From positions 29,140,001 to 29,204,000 of the forward strand of contig CM052841.1 in NCBI GenBank assembly GCA_028534125.1: 64,000 bases of DNA, written 5' to 3'. Made by a program: the position numbers and the translations under genes. This document shows positions 29,621 to 43,079 of this stretch, in pieces. Numbering within the stretch: the stretch's first letter is position 1; each line of letters begins with the position of its first letter. This DNA comes from Lama glama (Eukaryota). A model generated the notes under the pieces. That model saw nothing but the letters and a program-made list of their open reading frames with translations. It was not told the origin of the DNA and searched no databases.

Positions 29621-30619
29621 TGGTGTAATCGCTGGTAGTGTTATTTTTGTAACTAACAGACTTGAAGCTTCTCATGGTTAGGGACTATGTCTTATTCCTC
29701 TTTATTCTGCAATCACTAAACACAGCACTTATTCTAGAAACATTTGTTGAGCGATTATTATATGCGTGGTGCAGGAGATGCTGAGGATTAAAGAGACAGT
29801 CCCTGTGCTAAGGAACTCAGTTTAGTGAGTTCAGGGGGCATAGAAACGGAGCAGAACATTGCATTTATTGGGTGATGTGAGCTCTGCTGAGGCTCTGAAG
29901 AAGCACAGCACAACTGTAGCCCCCTGAGCCTCGGTCACACTGCACATTCTGTTTGTCAGGACTAGCCTTGAAGACCATCATCTAGATTCTACAGCAACAA
30001 GTGCAGTATAAATGAATTAGATGATCCTTGTGACAGTGATAATGACAAATAAAATGCATCATTAAGAAACAGCTTTCCTTTTGTAGTATCAGCAAAGAGG
30101 CAGTGAACATTATATGCATCAGTCAGTGCAAAACACGGATCTTTAATGGCTCCTAGCCACGTCCTTACTCAGGGCATTTATCTGCACCAGAAAGTGCTAT
30201 GACTCAAACTTACAGATGTCTACCACTGATTAAGATGAACTGGATGCCTTAAAGCCCTGACAAGCAGCAGATTTCAGGATGGGGGTAAATTATCTAGATT
30301 ATTAAATGGCACCAGCAATTGTCTAGGGGTTCATGATCCCAGGGAAATGCTCCAGGGCCCACAAACCCTGGGTTGGGTACATTGACAGTACATGGGATGT
30401 TTAGGAGCAAGTAAGCTGGTGGCTACCATCGTGCCTCCTCCTTCCCTGCTTTGGAAACTGACACGAGTGGTTTTTCTCCCAACCCTCCTGCAAGAAGTAA
30501 ATACATAGTCACTACCACCTTCATACCAAGTGACATGTTGCCAGCTCCCTCTTTGTTGGTGGCAGTCAATGCAGAGTGTCTCTAGTGGACGTTTAATGGT
30601 TTCACCTGCTCTGTATACA

Positions 30620-31069
30620 TTTCCCCTTTCCCTGGTGAGAGTGTCCTGGTTTCCCTTGGAGGAACTGACCCTCCCCTATTCTCAGCCCATGAAGTTTGGG
30701 TAAAGTGAATTCAAATTCCATACTTAGGAGATTAATCAGTGTGTTTTATCCCTTGATGGCAGTGATTGGTTCAGAGATGAACATGTGACCCCAGCACGCT
30801 CAATCAGAGCCAATGGGCATAAAGCTTGGGACTTTTGCTGGAACTAACATAAAAGAGAAGCTCTCTTTTCACAATGCAATGTAAGGCTACCAAGAAAAGG
30901 GGGCCTGCCCATGAGTGACTGACTCCATCACAGAGAAGAGAAACAGATTCCTGATTCAGTCATGCCCCAAACCAGCACTTTTCAGATACATGAACCATAA
31001 AATTCCTTTTTACCTTCAGTCAGTTTGAATTGGGTTTCTATCACTTGCCGCTGAGTCCTGGCTAACACA
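30620..31069 (+). mobile_element. ERVL LTR16-like solo LTR
   Basis: gattggttcagagatgaacatgtgacc...caatcagag...cagtttgaattgggtttctatcacttgc...ctaacaca. Confidence 0.65.
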
Positions 31070-31649
31070 ATCGCCTCACCTCCCGTCCCCTGTCCACAGC
31101 AATTAAAGACACTGATAGTCTGTGTACAGCACTCCTGCAAGGCTGCGTCCAGAGTCTTGGGGCAGCATGAAAAGGCTGGAAGGAGCACCTGAGAATGTGG
31201 AGTTTGACCTGACATCACGGCTGCATCACAGCTTCAGGGTCTCGTAGCCAGAGACCGCTGCTTTGCTTCTTCCTCAAGCATAGAAGAGCGTAAGGGATCC
31301 ACATTGATCAAAGCTCAGCTGTCCAACTGGGGCCGATGACTCAGAAACTAACGACACAGATTTCACTTATTATCAAGTCAGTAGGGTAAATGCACTTGGG
31401 AAACTTTGACCAAGCACCTGGACATAGCCAGCTACTCCCAAAGTAAAGAAAGTCTTGTTCTAGAAGCTGATCTTAGGTAGATTTGGCTCCAGAAGCCCCA
31501 GGGTGGGGGTGCAGGTAGAGTGGGAAGGCTGCATTCATGCGATTATGGAAAAAGTAGAAGGGATCAAACACTTGGAAATTCAGATCCTCTATGGTTTCTC
31601 TATGTGCGTCATGCTGACGTATCACATAACTAAAGTAAGTGTCAACAGA

Positions 31650-31775
31650 ATCCCTCAGTAGAATGTAAGCTTCATAGGGAAAAGGGTCTTTGTCTGTTTT
31701 GTTCACTAAAGAAACAGCAGCTATAACATTGCCTGGCACATAGTAGATGCTCAATAAATGTTTGCTAAGTGAACA
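31650..31775 (+). mobile_element. L2 3' end
   Basis: agaatgtaagcttcat...tgcctggcacatagtagatgctcaataaatgtttg. Confidence 0.75.
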
Positions 31776-32771
31776 CAGGCAGGAATACCACACACTGTAC
31801 ATTTGACCTGCAATGTCAAGCATTTCTGTAAAGGTTAACCAGAGCAGTGTCTGTTTTCCTACTTACTTCAAGATCTTAAGTGCCATCATGACCTGCTAAT
31901 GTGAGATGGTTCCTGTAAGAGCAAAAGCTGAAAGAGGGGAAAAAAATCCCAGATATCTGATTATTTGTTTGTTTTTGTAACTGCCAAATTTTGCAGTTAA
32001 CTGCAAAGGAACATGCTGAGCATTTGGCAAGTCTCCCTTCTGAATGCTGCTGTGTGAATCTTCACAGCACACCCCAGCCATAACACCCCATCTTAAACAC
32101 ATGGCAGACATTCCTAATCGACCATGATGGCTTTCTGAGTGTCAGGTTGTGGTCTTGGAATTTTTCTTTAAGACAAAACTCCTAAAAGCACAACCAATCA
32201 ACTGAAGTTGACACAACAGATGGAAACTTTCTCCTAGTTCTTTCAAATACGAGCACATTACAGCTCAGTGAAAGATAATTTCTATGCCTCTTTTCAGGGC
32301 CCTCCTCATGCCCACATACTACCTTTAAGTTCCCCAGGAACCAGAAAGGGTCAAATTAGACATCCTGCTTTTCTCAGATCCCGACATTGCTGACAAAGGA
32401 CCACCCTGAGGGTGTTGTAGGACCCCTCCCACATGCATCCTGGGCTCCTAGATACTGCTCATTGACCATTTTAAAAGACAGCTTTTAAAATGGATACTTC
32501 CCCAGGAACCGCTGATTCTAGTTCGTTATTTGGGAATCACCAAAAGTGAAGGGCAGTAGAGATTTGGAATAAACATCTGCGGAAAGTATAACATGTGCCA
32601 GCCTCTGTGCTGGTACTTCACATCAGCCATTGCATTTAAGCTGAAATACCTCCCCCCAGATCACACAGCTAACATGGGAGAAAGCCAGAACCTTCAATCA
32701 TTCATCCAAAGGATACTGAGTTCCTGTTACGTGCCAGTGGGAACTGGCTCTGGAGATGCACTTATTTTTTT

Positions 32772-32964
32772 TTTTCCCCCGTGGATTTAAATAATTTTTT
32801 TAACATTTTTTATTGATTTATAATCATTTTACAATGTTGTGTCAAATTCCAGTGTTCAGCACAATTTTTCAGTCATTCATGGACATATACACACTCATTG
32901 TCACATTTTTTTCTCTGTGATTTATCATAACATTTTGTGTATATTTCCCTGTGCTATACAGTGT
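32772..32964 (-). mobile_element. Younger short L1 3' fragment nested in the tail of the older L1
   Basis: L1 3'-end sequence (tttattgatttataatcattttacaatgttgtgtc...ttccctgtgctatacagtg) flanked by a perfect duplication atgcacttattttttt at 32756 and 32965. Confidence 0.8.
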
Positions 32965-32974
32965 ATGCACTTAT

Positions 32975-33664
32975 TTTTTTTTAATTAAAAAAAATTTTAA
33001 ATTGACGTATAGTCAATTTACAATGCTGTGATAATTTCTGGTGTACAGCACAGTGATTCAGTTATCTCTGTGTGTGTGTGTGTGTGTGTGTGTACCTTTT
33101 CATATTCTTTTTCATTATAGGCTATTACAAGGTACTGAATATAGTTCCCTGTGCTATACAGTAGGACCTTGTTGTTTATCTATTGTATATATAGTAGTTT
33201 ATATCTGCTATTCCCAAACTCCTAATTTATCCCTCCCCAGCCTTCCTGTTTGGTAACCATGAGTTTGTTTTCTATCTCTGAGTTTGTTTCTGTTTTGTAA
33301 ATAAGTTCATTTGTGTCATTTTTTAAGATTCCACATATAAGTGATACATGGTATTTTTCTTTCTCTGTCTGACTTACTTCACTTAGTATGACAATCTCCA
33401 GGTCTATCCATGGTGCTGCAAATGGCATTATTTTATCCTTTTTTATGGCTGAGTAGTATTCTATTGTATAAATATATCACAAATTCTTTATCCAACCATC
33501 TGTCAGTGGACATTTAGGTTGCTTCCATGTCTTGGCTATTGTAAATAGTGCTGCTATGAACACTGGGGAGCACATGTCTTTTCAAATTAGTGTTTCCTCT
33601 GTATATATGCCCAGGAGTGGGATTGCTAGATCATATGGAAAATCTAGTTTTAGTTTTTTAAGGA
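32975..33664 (-). mobile_element. 5'-truncated L1 3' end (artiodactyl/L1MA-like)
   Basis: Typical L1 3'UTR/ORF2-end sequence (gactTacttcacttag..., aaatagtgctgctatgaac..., ggattgctagatcatatgg); poly-T on +; eroded 16-bp TSD at 32750-32765 and 33665-33680. Confidence 0.9.
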
Positions 33665-36239
33665 CTAGAAATGCAATTATGAATGAAGCAGAAACAGGTC
33701 CTCCTCCTCTCTGACCCCAAAGCCTAGATGTACTCTTCTCTATCTCACAGGGCCTTTCCAGTGTAATAATGCTAGTGACTACCTATTGAATGCTTCAGTG
33801 TAAGGCCATGTGCTATGAGCTTTTCTTACTTCACCTTATTTTAATCTTTATAATCCTCTTACAAGATAGATTTTATTGCCTCATTGAAAGGTGAAGAAGT
33901 GAGGCTCAGAAAGCTTTAGTATCTGTCAGTATTTCAAAGACAGTAAGAACAGAGTCAAGATGTCCATGCAAGCCTGCTCAACTATTAAGTCTCTTTCCTT
34001 TGTGCTTCTGAAGAAAGAACCAATATGGGGTTGAGAGAAATCTCTCAATTATAAACAAACGTAAAGACAGATTGACAGATATTTGAATTTTTCTTATTTT
34101 CAACAAACAACAGCCTGAGCTGTTCAGATCAGGTAACAAATGTATGGACCACCAAAGTTCAAAGTGTGGAGAAAGAAATTTGACTCATATAATAGGTATC
34201 AGGTGTAGGCACCCATGCCCCAAAGATTAAGATACTTGTCCTATTGATTTTATCCTGTAATGCATGGGGAAAAGAAACATTTATTTACTTCATATACACA
34301 CCATACTATTTCCAAAAAGCATGAGAAATTAAAAAAGGAAACATCAATATTTGATAGAAAGAGCATCATCTTTAAAAATATGAAGAAGGATATTTCAAGA
34401 TCCTCCCTTCCTTTTCTGGCTGAAGAAATGTCTCAATAGCTTTTTCCAGATCACAGGCAATGGAATAAAGAGCTTAGCTGAGTGTACGACTACATTTATC
34501 CTATTTTTTTTTAAAGAAAGGATTTTCAACTAAAAATCATCTTGAAAAGATAAGGAGACAAAGAGGATTTCTCCACCTCATTTTGAAAATCCATCATTTG
34601 CCGAGGAGGATTTAGAATGCCATTAGCACAGCTCCCATGGCTTACTCCAAGGAATTAGACTCAGATAGCTCTGCTCTTTAGGCCTTTTTCCTGACACAAT
34701 GCTTTCCTTGGCAAGAGAACTAAAGATGCCTCCCTTTGTATGGCCATATCTACCTATAAGGTTCCTGATCTAAGAGTCTTAGATACATGGATCCAGGCAG
34801 AAGGCTTCTTTATGGAAGTAAGGAGGTCTTTCTGTGTCTTTCAATAGGCTATGGCCAATGACCTCTAGAAATGGAGGTTAGGAAGAGCAGAGGTAATTGA
34901 AAACAAGGTGAACCCCAACTTTGTAGAGTCAAAAGCACCACCCACCAGCTCTGCCTTTTACTTCTTTCGTGGTTTGTTTCTTTTCCCTTCCCCCATCCTA
35001 ACTGGTAGGCAAGATGCAAATCGGTAGTGATGTGGTACAAAGGCAGCCATGAGAAAGGTGGAAAAGGAAGCCTCAGCTTCTCCATCCGTGAATGGAAGGA
35101 TGTGGACTATGGATACTGATACAGAGCAGTGCCCACACAACTCGGGAAGTCCAAGATGACGTTAGGATACAGGAACAGGGCATTAAACAGCATCGAATTG
35201 GATAGTGAGAAAGTGATGACCTTTTCAAGCCTCTTTCTGACTTCCTGCCTCCATCAGAGAGAATGCATCAGCTTGAGGATAGTACTTCTTTAACACTTCT
35301 CTCACATTTGCTGAACTTCCTTCTTTGTAAAGACTGGGCAGGCGAAAGTCTCAAGCATCTGGACAAAATTTCATAACAATGTGGCGTTTTCCTTCTGTTC
35401 ATTTTATGTCATTCTATTACATCAAATCATACTGACTTTTCAACTTATGGCCATGATGTGAATTTTTAAAAAGAAATTAATTTAGGTTTTAAAAATGAGC
35501 CAATATAACTAAAAATATTCAACAGTGGGCAGATGTTAGAAAACAGTGAATGGTTTATGTGACTAAGTAAAGGTTGTGGAAATCCTGGATTAGATCATCT
35601 CAAAGCCCATCTAGTCCTGATATTTTATTACAGTATGAATCTATGAAGAGGAGCAGAAGGCCACAGTAGCCTCCAAACTGGATTATCTAACCCAGGAGCT
35701 AACTGTAGGCCACTTACAAAAGCCATATTCTTCTCATTTCTGTCAGAAAAGCAAACAAATAATGAGTCCCCACTGCATGACACAGAACTCAGCCACCACT
35801 GAAAGGGAGAAAAGTCACCCATGACAGAGCCTCACACTCATCAGGGTTAGGGTTACACAATGCTCAGCTTTGAGCTATTGAGGAAGCACAATTATATTAA
35901 TAAGCTAGTTTCTTAATCCAGTGAGTTAGAAAGCAGGGTGTCATTAGCCTAGGTATATTGTGTGTGAACTGTGGGTGAGGGAGGGGAGGAGTGGAGAACA
36001 TTCAATTCCTTCTGTTATCGTGGTTCTGTGTTCTTGCTATTCTTTATTTCCAGCTTTACTTAGAGACAAAGCTGTCATTCATTTGCTGTTATCTGAGAGG
36101 GACTGAAAATTCCAACTTTGGTATTCACTATCTGGGATCAGGAATTAGTATAAGATCCTGCGTAAATCTTGCCGGGAAAGGATGTGTATCTGTACTAGCC
36201 TGTTGCCCACGTCAGTGAGTTTGTTGCCATGATGCGGGA

Positions 36240-36715
36240 GACTGATGGCATTCATAGCTCCAATTTCTCTCCTCTCTCTGTTTCCAACCACCTTTGCCAT
36301 GTGATTGTAGTTTCTTTCACTGAACAGGTAGATTCTAGTTCCTTGTTACTTGATTCTGAGTTTGGCCATGTGAATTTCTTTGGCCACTGGGATGTTAGCA
36401 AATGTGACCCATACAGAACTCTGAAAACATCCTTGAGTGTTTCTGTTTCCACTCTTCCACTCCAGCCATCACCATCAGGAACATAACTGAGCTGGCCTGC
36501 TAGAGGGTGAGACACAGCCTCTGCTCCCAGTTGCTTCTGTTGTGTGAGCTAAGGTTGTGCTGGGTCAGCTGAGAGCCAGCTGACTCCCTGACATGTGACC
36601 CAGCCCAGCCGAGACAGAAGAACCATCCACCACCCCACAGGCTCCTGAGCTCAGTAAATGCTTATAGCTTTAAGTCACTGCCTTCTGGGGTGGTTCGCCC
36701 CACAGCATTATCAGC
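36240..36715 (+). mobile_element. MaLR LTR (MLT1F/G-like)
   Basis: tttggccatgtgaatttctttggccactgggatgttagcaaatgtgac...taaatgcttatagctttaagtcactg. Confidence 0.7.
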
Positions 36716-38959
36716 AGATCATATCAATATCTATTGCCAACAGATACCTGATATACATGCTCTACTCCACCTGCTCTGCTCACAGCTAGAAGAGGCATCC
36801 CTAGGTCTCTCAGGTTGACAAAGCCTTTTCCTGATTTCTTCACCCCTCACTCCATTCAGGCCAGGTCCCATCATTACCCAAGAAGCGAGGAGCAAATTCA
36901 GTGAATGACTCACAGCTAATCAGACGTGGTCTTTAGAAATTAAAGTGAGGGGCAGAGACTTTAGTTAGAGAACGACAAATATTTAATTGAAAGATCAAAT
37001 AGAGTCAGACCATGGTAAGTCATATGAAAGTCAAGTAAGCCATGTGAAGAGAAGAGAGGGAAAGAAAGAGAAGGAAAGTGGAGACAGAGCCAGAGAGCAA
37101 GAGAGAAGGAGATGACTGATTGATTGAGCCTGGAGAGCAGGGCAGAGAAACGCAGACAAGAGTGGTGATGTCTTCAGATTCTGGCTTCCCAAAACCACTT
37201 CCAGCTTCATTTCCAGTCAGCTTACGTCATGCTTTGTTTCCTGTCTGAATGTTTTTGAGGTTTCCTCTTAAGACACTTACAGTCAATCTTTATTTAATCC
37301 AGTTTGAGTGGGTTTGTTTTCTTGCTAGCTACATTTCTCTGGTTGAGGACCCAGCCATTAACACCTTAGAGAGAATCGGCTTCTCAGACTGGTAGTTTCA
37401 TCAGAGCAGGCAAAGCTGCAGAGTGCTGGGAACTCGCGGCAGTAGGAGGGGGTGGTAGAGAAGGGAAGGGGGCTCAGGGAGGGGCTGGAAGGATAAAAAT
37501 AAAAAGCGTGTAACTCACAATTTTACTGAGGGCTCATCTCATTCCCTTTGATATTTGCCTAAGCAAAATAGGATTAGATAAGCTTTTCTTCCTTCCTCAA
37601 ACCAAAACCAAAAACATTCAGAGAAAAAGTAAAATAAATGATTTACTCTCCCAGATTTTGTGCTATGTCCCCCTTCACTGTAACTCTGGACCGTGACGTT
37701 CTCATCACAGCTCCTCATGCTGCAAGAACACTCTCCAGAGCTCCAAGGACAAAAATAGGTGTCCCTTCCATCCCAGGTGCGGGGAGCACGACTCCATTCT
37801 CCTTGCCTTGACCGTGGAAGGCTCCCCTGTGGGTTCATTCCACCTTAGTCCCCATGCCGTATGTCAAGGAATATGTTTGCTTTTGTTTAAAAGGATTGCA
37901 TGGTTTTTTCAGAAACCCATACATCTGTCCTGTTGGCTATTTGAAGAGGGAAGAGCTGGGACTTTCTTTAAGAGGGACTGTCTTATAAAAAGAAACCAGC
38001 AACCTGACATCAGGGCTCTTTGGGCCAAGAAGGATCAGCCCAGTGAGCCAGGCTGTGCACATGTAACTCCGTGTGGATGCACATCAAGGACACTAGGCTG
38101 TACCAGCTCCCCAGAGACGATTCCTGGCTCCCACCGATTCCCACTGGATTGCACTGCTGGAGTTATATGACTTAAGGGAAACAATCAATGTGGCCCCTAA
38201 TATTCAGCAACATGTTTATAAGCAAACACAAGTTCTTGCTGACATTATTTACAAATCCCCTGGTAAGTGACAGATACTGCAGGAAATTCATCTGTATGCA
38301 GAGCTCGCGCTCCTGGCTCTGTCTGCTGGCACTCTTCCCTGTCCGGCCTCTCCTCCCCTTACTGCCCTCCAGCTCCCAGGCTCTGTTCTCCCCACTCTCT
38401 CTCTTTTTACTATAAGGCCCCACTGCCCACTCGTCTCTGTTCACTGCTAAAATGCGAGCTTTTCACCCTTCAACTCCTGCTCCTCAAACAACAACATGAT
38501 CACAGTCAGTTCATGCGCTACTTAAACCCCCACTGTTGTGGATGGGCTCAGATTCCAGGGCCCATCACTTGCCATTGTGTTGTGAATATGAGTCCAAATG
38601 TATGCAGAATATAAACATCATTATCATTATAACAAAAGAGCTGGGTACCCTCATACAGCAGACTAACAACTTTTTTCTTTCCCAGAGCTACACTGGCACA
38701 TGTCAGTTAAAATATAATAAACAAACACTTATCTTGAAAGATTTATGTTAAAAATTAGAAACTCAGAGGCCCATCAAGTGGAGAAGCAGAGTTGGGGTGC
38801 ATAGAAAGGGGCAAGATAGGAAAGGCACTTTGCTGTTAACTGTGATTTGAATATTCTAAATAAATCACCTTGTTGTATGTTTCCTGTTTTGGGATCTGTC
38901 TATAACTGATCCATCTTATTAAATCATTCTTTGAAGTCACTAGACACAAGCTACTAATC

Positions 38960-38992
38960 TTTTTTTTTAATTGACATATAGTCAGTTTACAA
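38960..38992 (-). mobile_element. 33-bp L1 tail insertion within a MIR remnant
   Basis: ttttaattgacatatagtcagtttacaa matches the L1 3' end at ~32995-33025; 10/13 TSD at 38947-38959 and 38993-39005. Confidence 0.6.
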
Positions 38993-39169
38993 CAAGTTAT
39001 TAACCTTATCGAGCTCAGTTTGAGTCCTAGATCTGACATTTGCCATCTATGTACTATTGAGTAAATAGATAGGAGTATCTGAGCCTGATAAAATAATAAC
39101 AATAATATTAATAGAATATAACTTAATAAAAATATTAATGATGACGACGATGATAATGCCAAGACTCCC

Positions 39170-39700
39170 TCATCATTCATTCAACACATATTTATGGAGC
39201 CCCCGCCATGTGCCAGTGTTCTGAGTACTTGGGATACGCCAGTGAAACATCAAGGATCTCTGCCCTTCTTTAGCCTGCACTGGGAGAGGGGTGGTGGGGA
39301 TGGGTGAGCAGAAACTGAACAAAAGCATCATAAATCAGTAAACTAAGTGGTATGTTAGAAGGTGATAACTGCTGTAGAAGAAGAGAAAAAATAAGGCAGA
39401 GCAAGGAGGATCAGGAGGGTGTGTGGATGCCTAGGAGAAGGTGCCATCGGAGCAGACTCCAGTCTTGGATGAGGGAACTGGCCAAGAAGAAATCTGAGGG
39501 AAGGGCATTTGAAGTAGCAGGCACTGCTAAGGTAAAGGCCTTGGGACAGAAGTGCATCTGCTGTGTTCTGTGAACCACAAGAAAGTTCCTGTGTCGGACG
39601 TAATGCAGAGGAGAGCAGAGAAGAGGAAGGAGCTCAAAGGGGTGGAGGGAAGGAGAGCATCATGTGGGGCCTTTAGAAGGACCTCCCTGGATCCAATCAC
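39170..39700 (-). mobile_element. L2 fragment
   Basis: cattcattcaacacatattta...atgtgccag L2 3' terminus followed by purine-rich L2 body. Confidence 0.7.
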
Positions 39701-41796
39701 ATAACGATGAGGCACTGTTATTTACTATAATCCTTTATTGGCTTTACTAAAGAAGCTCAGTAATTCCCCTTCATCCATTTCAGCTCTTGCCTCATGCTTT
39801 CTTCATCTACTCAGGAAGCACTCTCTTCATTCCTTCTGTTTCCCCCCATAGATCCCCAACATCTTTAAATGAAAGAGGGGCCAGCCCTCTGTCCTTAGGT
39901 TGTGAGCCCAAAGTAGCTGAATGTTGGTCCTCAGCAGTCTGCAGAGGCAGCTCTCAGACCCCCTCTGTGTCCATCCACCAGAAAGAGATGGAGGGCTACA
40001 GAAAACAGGTACCTGGGCTCAATTCAGGCTCCTCCCAATCCTACCCTCGCAAACAGCTCTCCTGCCTTTATCGGCCAAACAAGCAGCCTGCTGAGGGAAA
40101 GCTGATTTCTAATCTGATTTGACCAAAATCAACTTTTCCAGAGAGGAGAAGTCCTCAGAGCCTAAGGCTTCAGAGAGGGAACAAGGTTCTTATTAATGAC
40201 TTCAGAGCACAGTCCAGCTTTTCTCATCGCTGCTAAACTCCTTAATGCAAATTGTTTGCTGTACCTGCTGTGTCAAAGCACAGTAAGTTTAGGCACAGGC
40301 AAAGACTCCCTGTTCTTTAAGTATCTTAACCTTTCCTGAGGCAGAAAACCCAACCAAAAGCTGTAGCTGGCAGTTAGTCTGAAAAATTTTTACAGTTTAC
40401 AGTGTGATCATCCACCGCAAAGTACATGCAGAAAAAGGGTAGATGTTAATTCTCATTTCTTTTCTTCATGATGATAGAAAGGTTGTCACTTCTTTTTAAA
40501 GTGAAATAGATGGTTTATATAAAATCTGTACGTTCCTTCTACACTTGGATAAGAACCACACACACATCAAAGATGCTAGGTTTATTCCCCCCACGAATGA
40601 TCAACTGAATTGATCATGCTGATTAGCACATTTGAACACTGGATGGCTTTACTTTGTCACTGCACGAAGTACAAACTAGTGACATGTGAAAGCTGTCCTA
40701 TATTTGTTTTGAAAATACGGCCTTCCCAATTTTAATAAGCTTATGCTTAGCACAGCTCCACTTGAAACAATGCTGTGCAGTGGCATTTCCTTTGGCCAAG
40801 TTGGTCTGAATAGACCTGTGGGAAAATCTGAACACTAAACCACAAAGCAATATAAAATTGGCTAGTTTCTAGGTCCTACACAGAAAGGAAACAAGTTGGC
40901 TTTTTCCACTAGATTCCTTGCCTAATTGTGAAACAAAGGCTGTTCTCTGGGCTCTGGTGGGTCAGCTTGTGGGTTGCAAACTTGGGGAGTCTGTAACTGA
41001 ATGTTCTGTCTTTTTTTCTCCATGTCTTATAAAACTATTTAGTAAAGAGAAGATGGTTAACATGCAGGCTCTGTGCTGTACACTCAGTGATGATAAACAT
41101 ACATGCATGCACACCCACCCTGCCCCCACCAGCAGGAGAGAGGGGAGAAGAGGGAGGAGAGCTAAAAGAAAGTGATGGGATCAAATCCAGCTTGATTGCT
41201 AAGTTAGCTAACAAGACATAAAGGAATAGTCTCCTATATGCCTTCAAAGTATGACCAGGCTATAGTCTAACCCCAGTGTAAGATGCAATTCTCCTTAAGA
41301 TGACATAAAACCAATGTCCAGTAGAATGAGTGTGATCATGGTTCCCTGAGGCCCCAATAGGACATACTGACTTGAACAGATATGGCAGATGGCCAAGTTT
41401 TTCACTACAATCTTTCAAAGAACAGTGATGATATGAGTCTGATGAAACAAGCTTCAAACTCAGGTACAACATGCATTTATAATTATATAGCAAACAGTTG
41501 TGCTTACAAACACCCTAGAGATGAATGTGTCAGATTCTATGTCAGATGTCTTCATATACATTAGCTCCCTTGTCATAATAACATTAATAATAACTTTTTA
41601 AAAGGTTATTAAGGTTATGGAGGCTAATCATTAAGACAAAATGGTAGAAGCTTTGCAAGAAACACTCTAGAATTTCCTACCCATTCGTTTATTTTTTAAT
41701 GACAAACAATTAACAAAGCACTTGCTATATCCCAGGCATGATTATGCATGCTTTATAAATTTCAGCTCATGACAAATATGAGAAAAAAAATAACGT

Positions 41797-42157
41797 GGCA
41801 TCTCAGCTCATACTGCCATGAAACAAAATACCATAAATTAGGTGGTTTAAATAACAGGCATTTATTTCTCACAATTCTGGAGGCTAGGAAGTCCAAGATC
41901 AAACAGCCAACTGATTTGGTTTCTCAGCAAGAGCCCTGCCTGGCTTGCAGATGGCGACTGTGTCCTCATAAGGCAGAGTGGGGAAGCAAGTTCTCTGCTC
42001 TCTCTTCTAAGGGCACTAAACCCATCAAGAGGGTCCCACCCTCATGATTTCATCTAAATCTAATTAACTTCCAAAGGCCCCATCACAGTCACATTGGGTA
42101 TTAGAGATTCAACACATGAATTTTTTTTGGGTGAGGGACACAAATTAGTCCATAACA
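41797..42157 (-). mobile_element. MaLR LTR (MLT1A-like) inserted into a MIR (41685-41790 / 42160-42300)
   Basis: aacaaaataccataaattaggtggtttaaataacag...tctcacaattctggaggctaggaagtccaagatcaa...gtccataaca; MIR halves on both sides. Confidence 0.8.
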
Positions 42158-43065
42158 GGTAGGTCATATTACATTCATTTTACAGAGGAGTAAACTGAGG
42201 CACAAATAGGCAAGTAACTTGCCCAATGACACACAGCAAGTAATAGACCTCAGAGCCTAGATTCAAACCTAAGATTCTGTCTTCTTAATACTACATTGTA
42301 TTATTTCTCATGGTGAGAGAGTTGAGAGTTATGTTCGAGTCATGACGGTTTGAATGCCCAGACATCTGTATTTAGACTATCCTTGTGTTTCATTCTCTTG
42401 TCTTGGTCAGTGGCTCTCAAATGGTGATGCCCATAAGTAATGCTCTTTCCATATTATAAAGATTATTGACAGTAACTGACCCTAAGTTATTTATAGCCAA
42501 TATGCTTACTTTAGAACCACATTTATGTGGCTAATACATTCAATGTAAATGGAAAATATAATGAATGAAATGTAAAAGCACAGTTTGCATTTTGTTTATT
42601 GTCTGACGGTGCCTTTGGAAATCAGTAAACTGATATTCTTTAGGAAGGGGCACGAACAAGCTCCAGGCCAGGAATTTAGAGTGCGTTAGACAAGGCACTT
42701 CATCCCACAGGCTTGAAGACTTGATTTAAGCCCTCTATGGGTCTCATTTATCCCAGTTAACTGTGTAAACAGTCTATTTTTAACCCATGAAAATAGAGAT
42801 CTCTCCACTTTACCAGAATGTGTAGATGGACCCAAGAAGAAGCAGTTTGCCTAGGCATAGCTCTTTGCACCCACCATGACTGATAGCTTCGTTTAACATA
42901 GCAGTGTTGGGTTTGCAGTATGATCTCTGTTGAGAAGAGGCTGAGGACCAACACAAAAGAATGTATAATCAGTGAACAAAACCAAATCTTGTTTTGCTGT
43001 ATGTTATAAAGAATAGTCTATTATTTTGCGTTACTAGGTGGGTAAAGGAACTGGTTACACTGATG

Positions 43066-43079
43066 GTTGCCATGGAAAC
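43066..43079. promoter_or_regulatory. RFX X-box motif GTTGCCATGGAAAC in non-repetitive intronic DNA
   Basis: Near-perfect palindromic RFX consensus GTTNCCATGGNAAC; extra half-site GTTACTAGG at 43030-43038. Confidence 0.5.

Noticed and set aside
33222-33714. ORFs such as MPFAAPWIDLEIVILSEVSQ
   Set aside because: Decayed L1 ORF2 C-terminus and 3'UTR.
35718-35739. 22-nt exon-like unit
   Set aside because: Frameshifting, poor exonic donor context and no supporting motifs.
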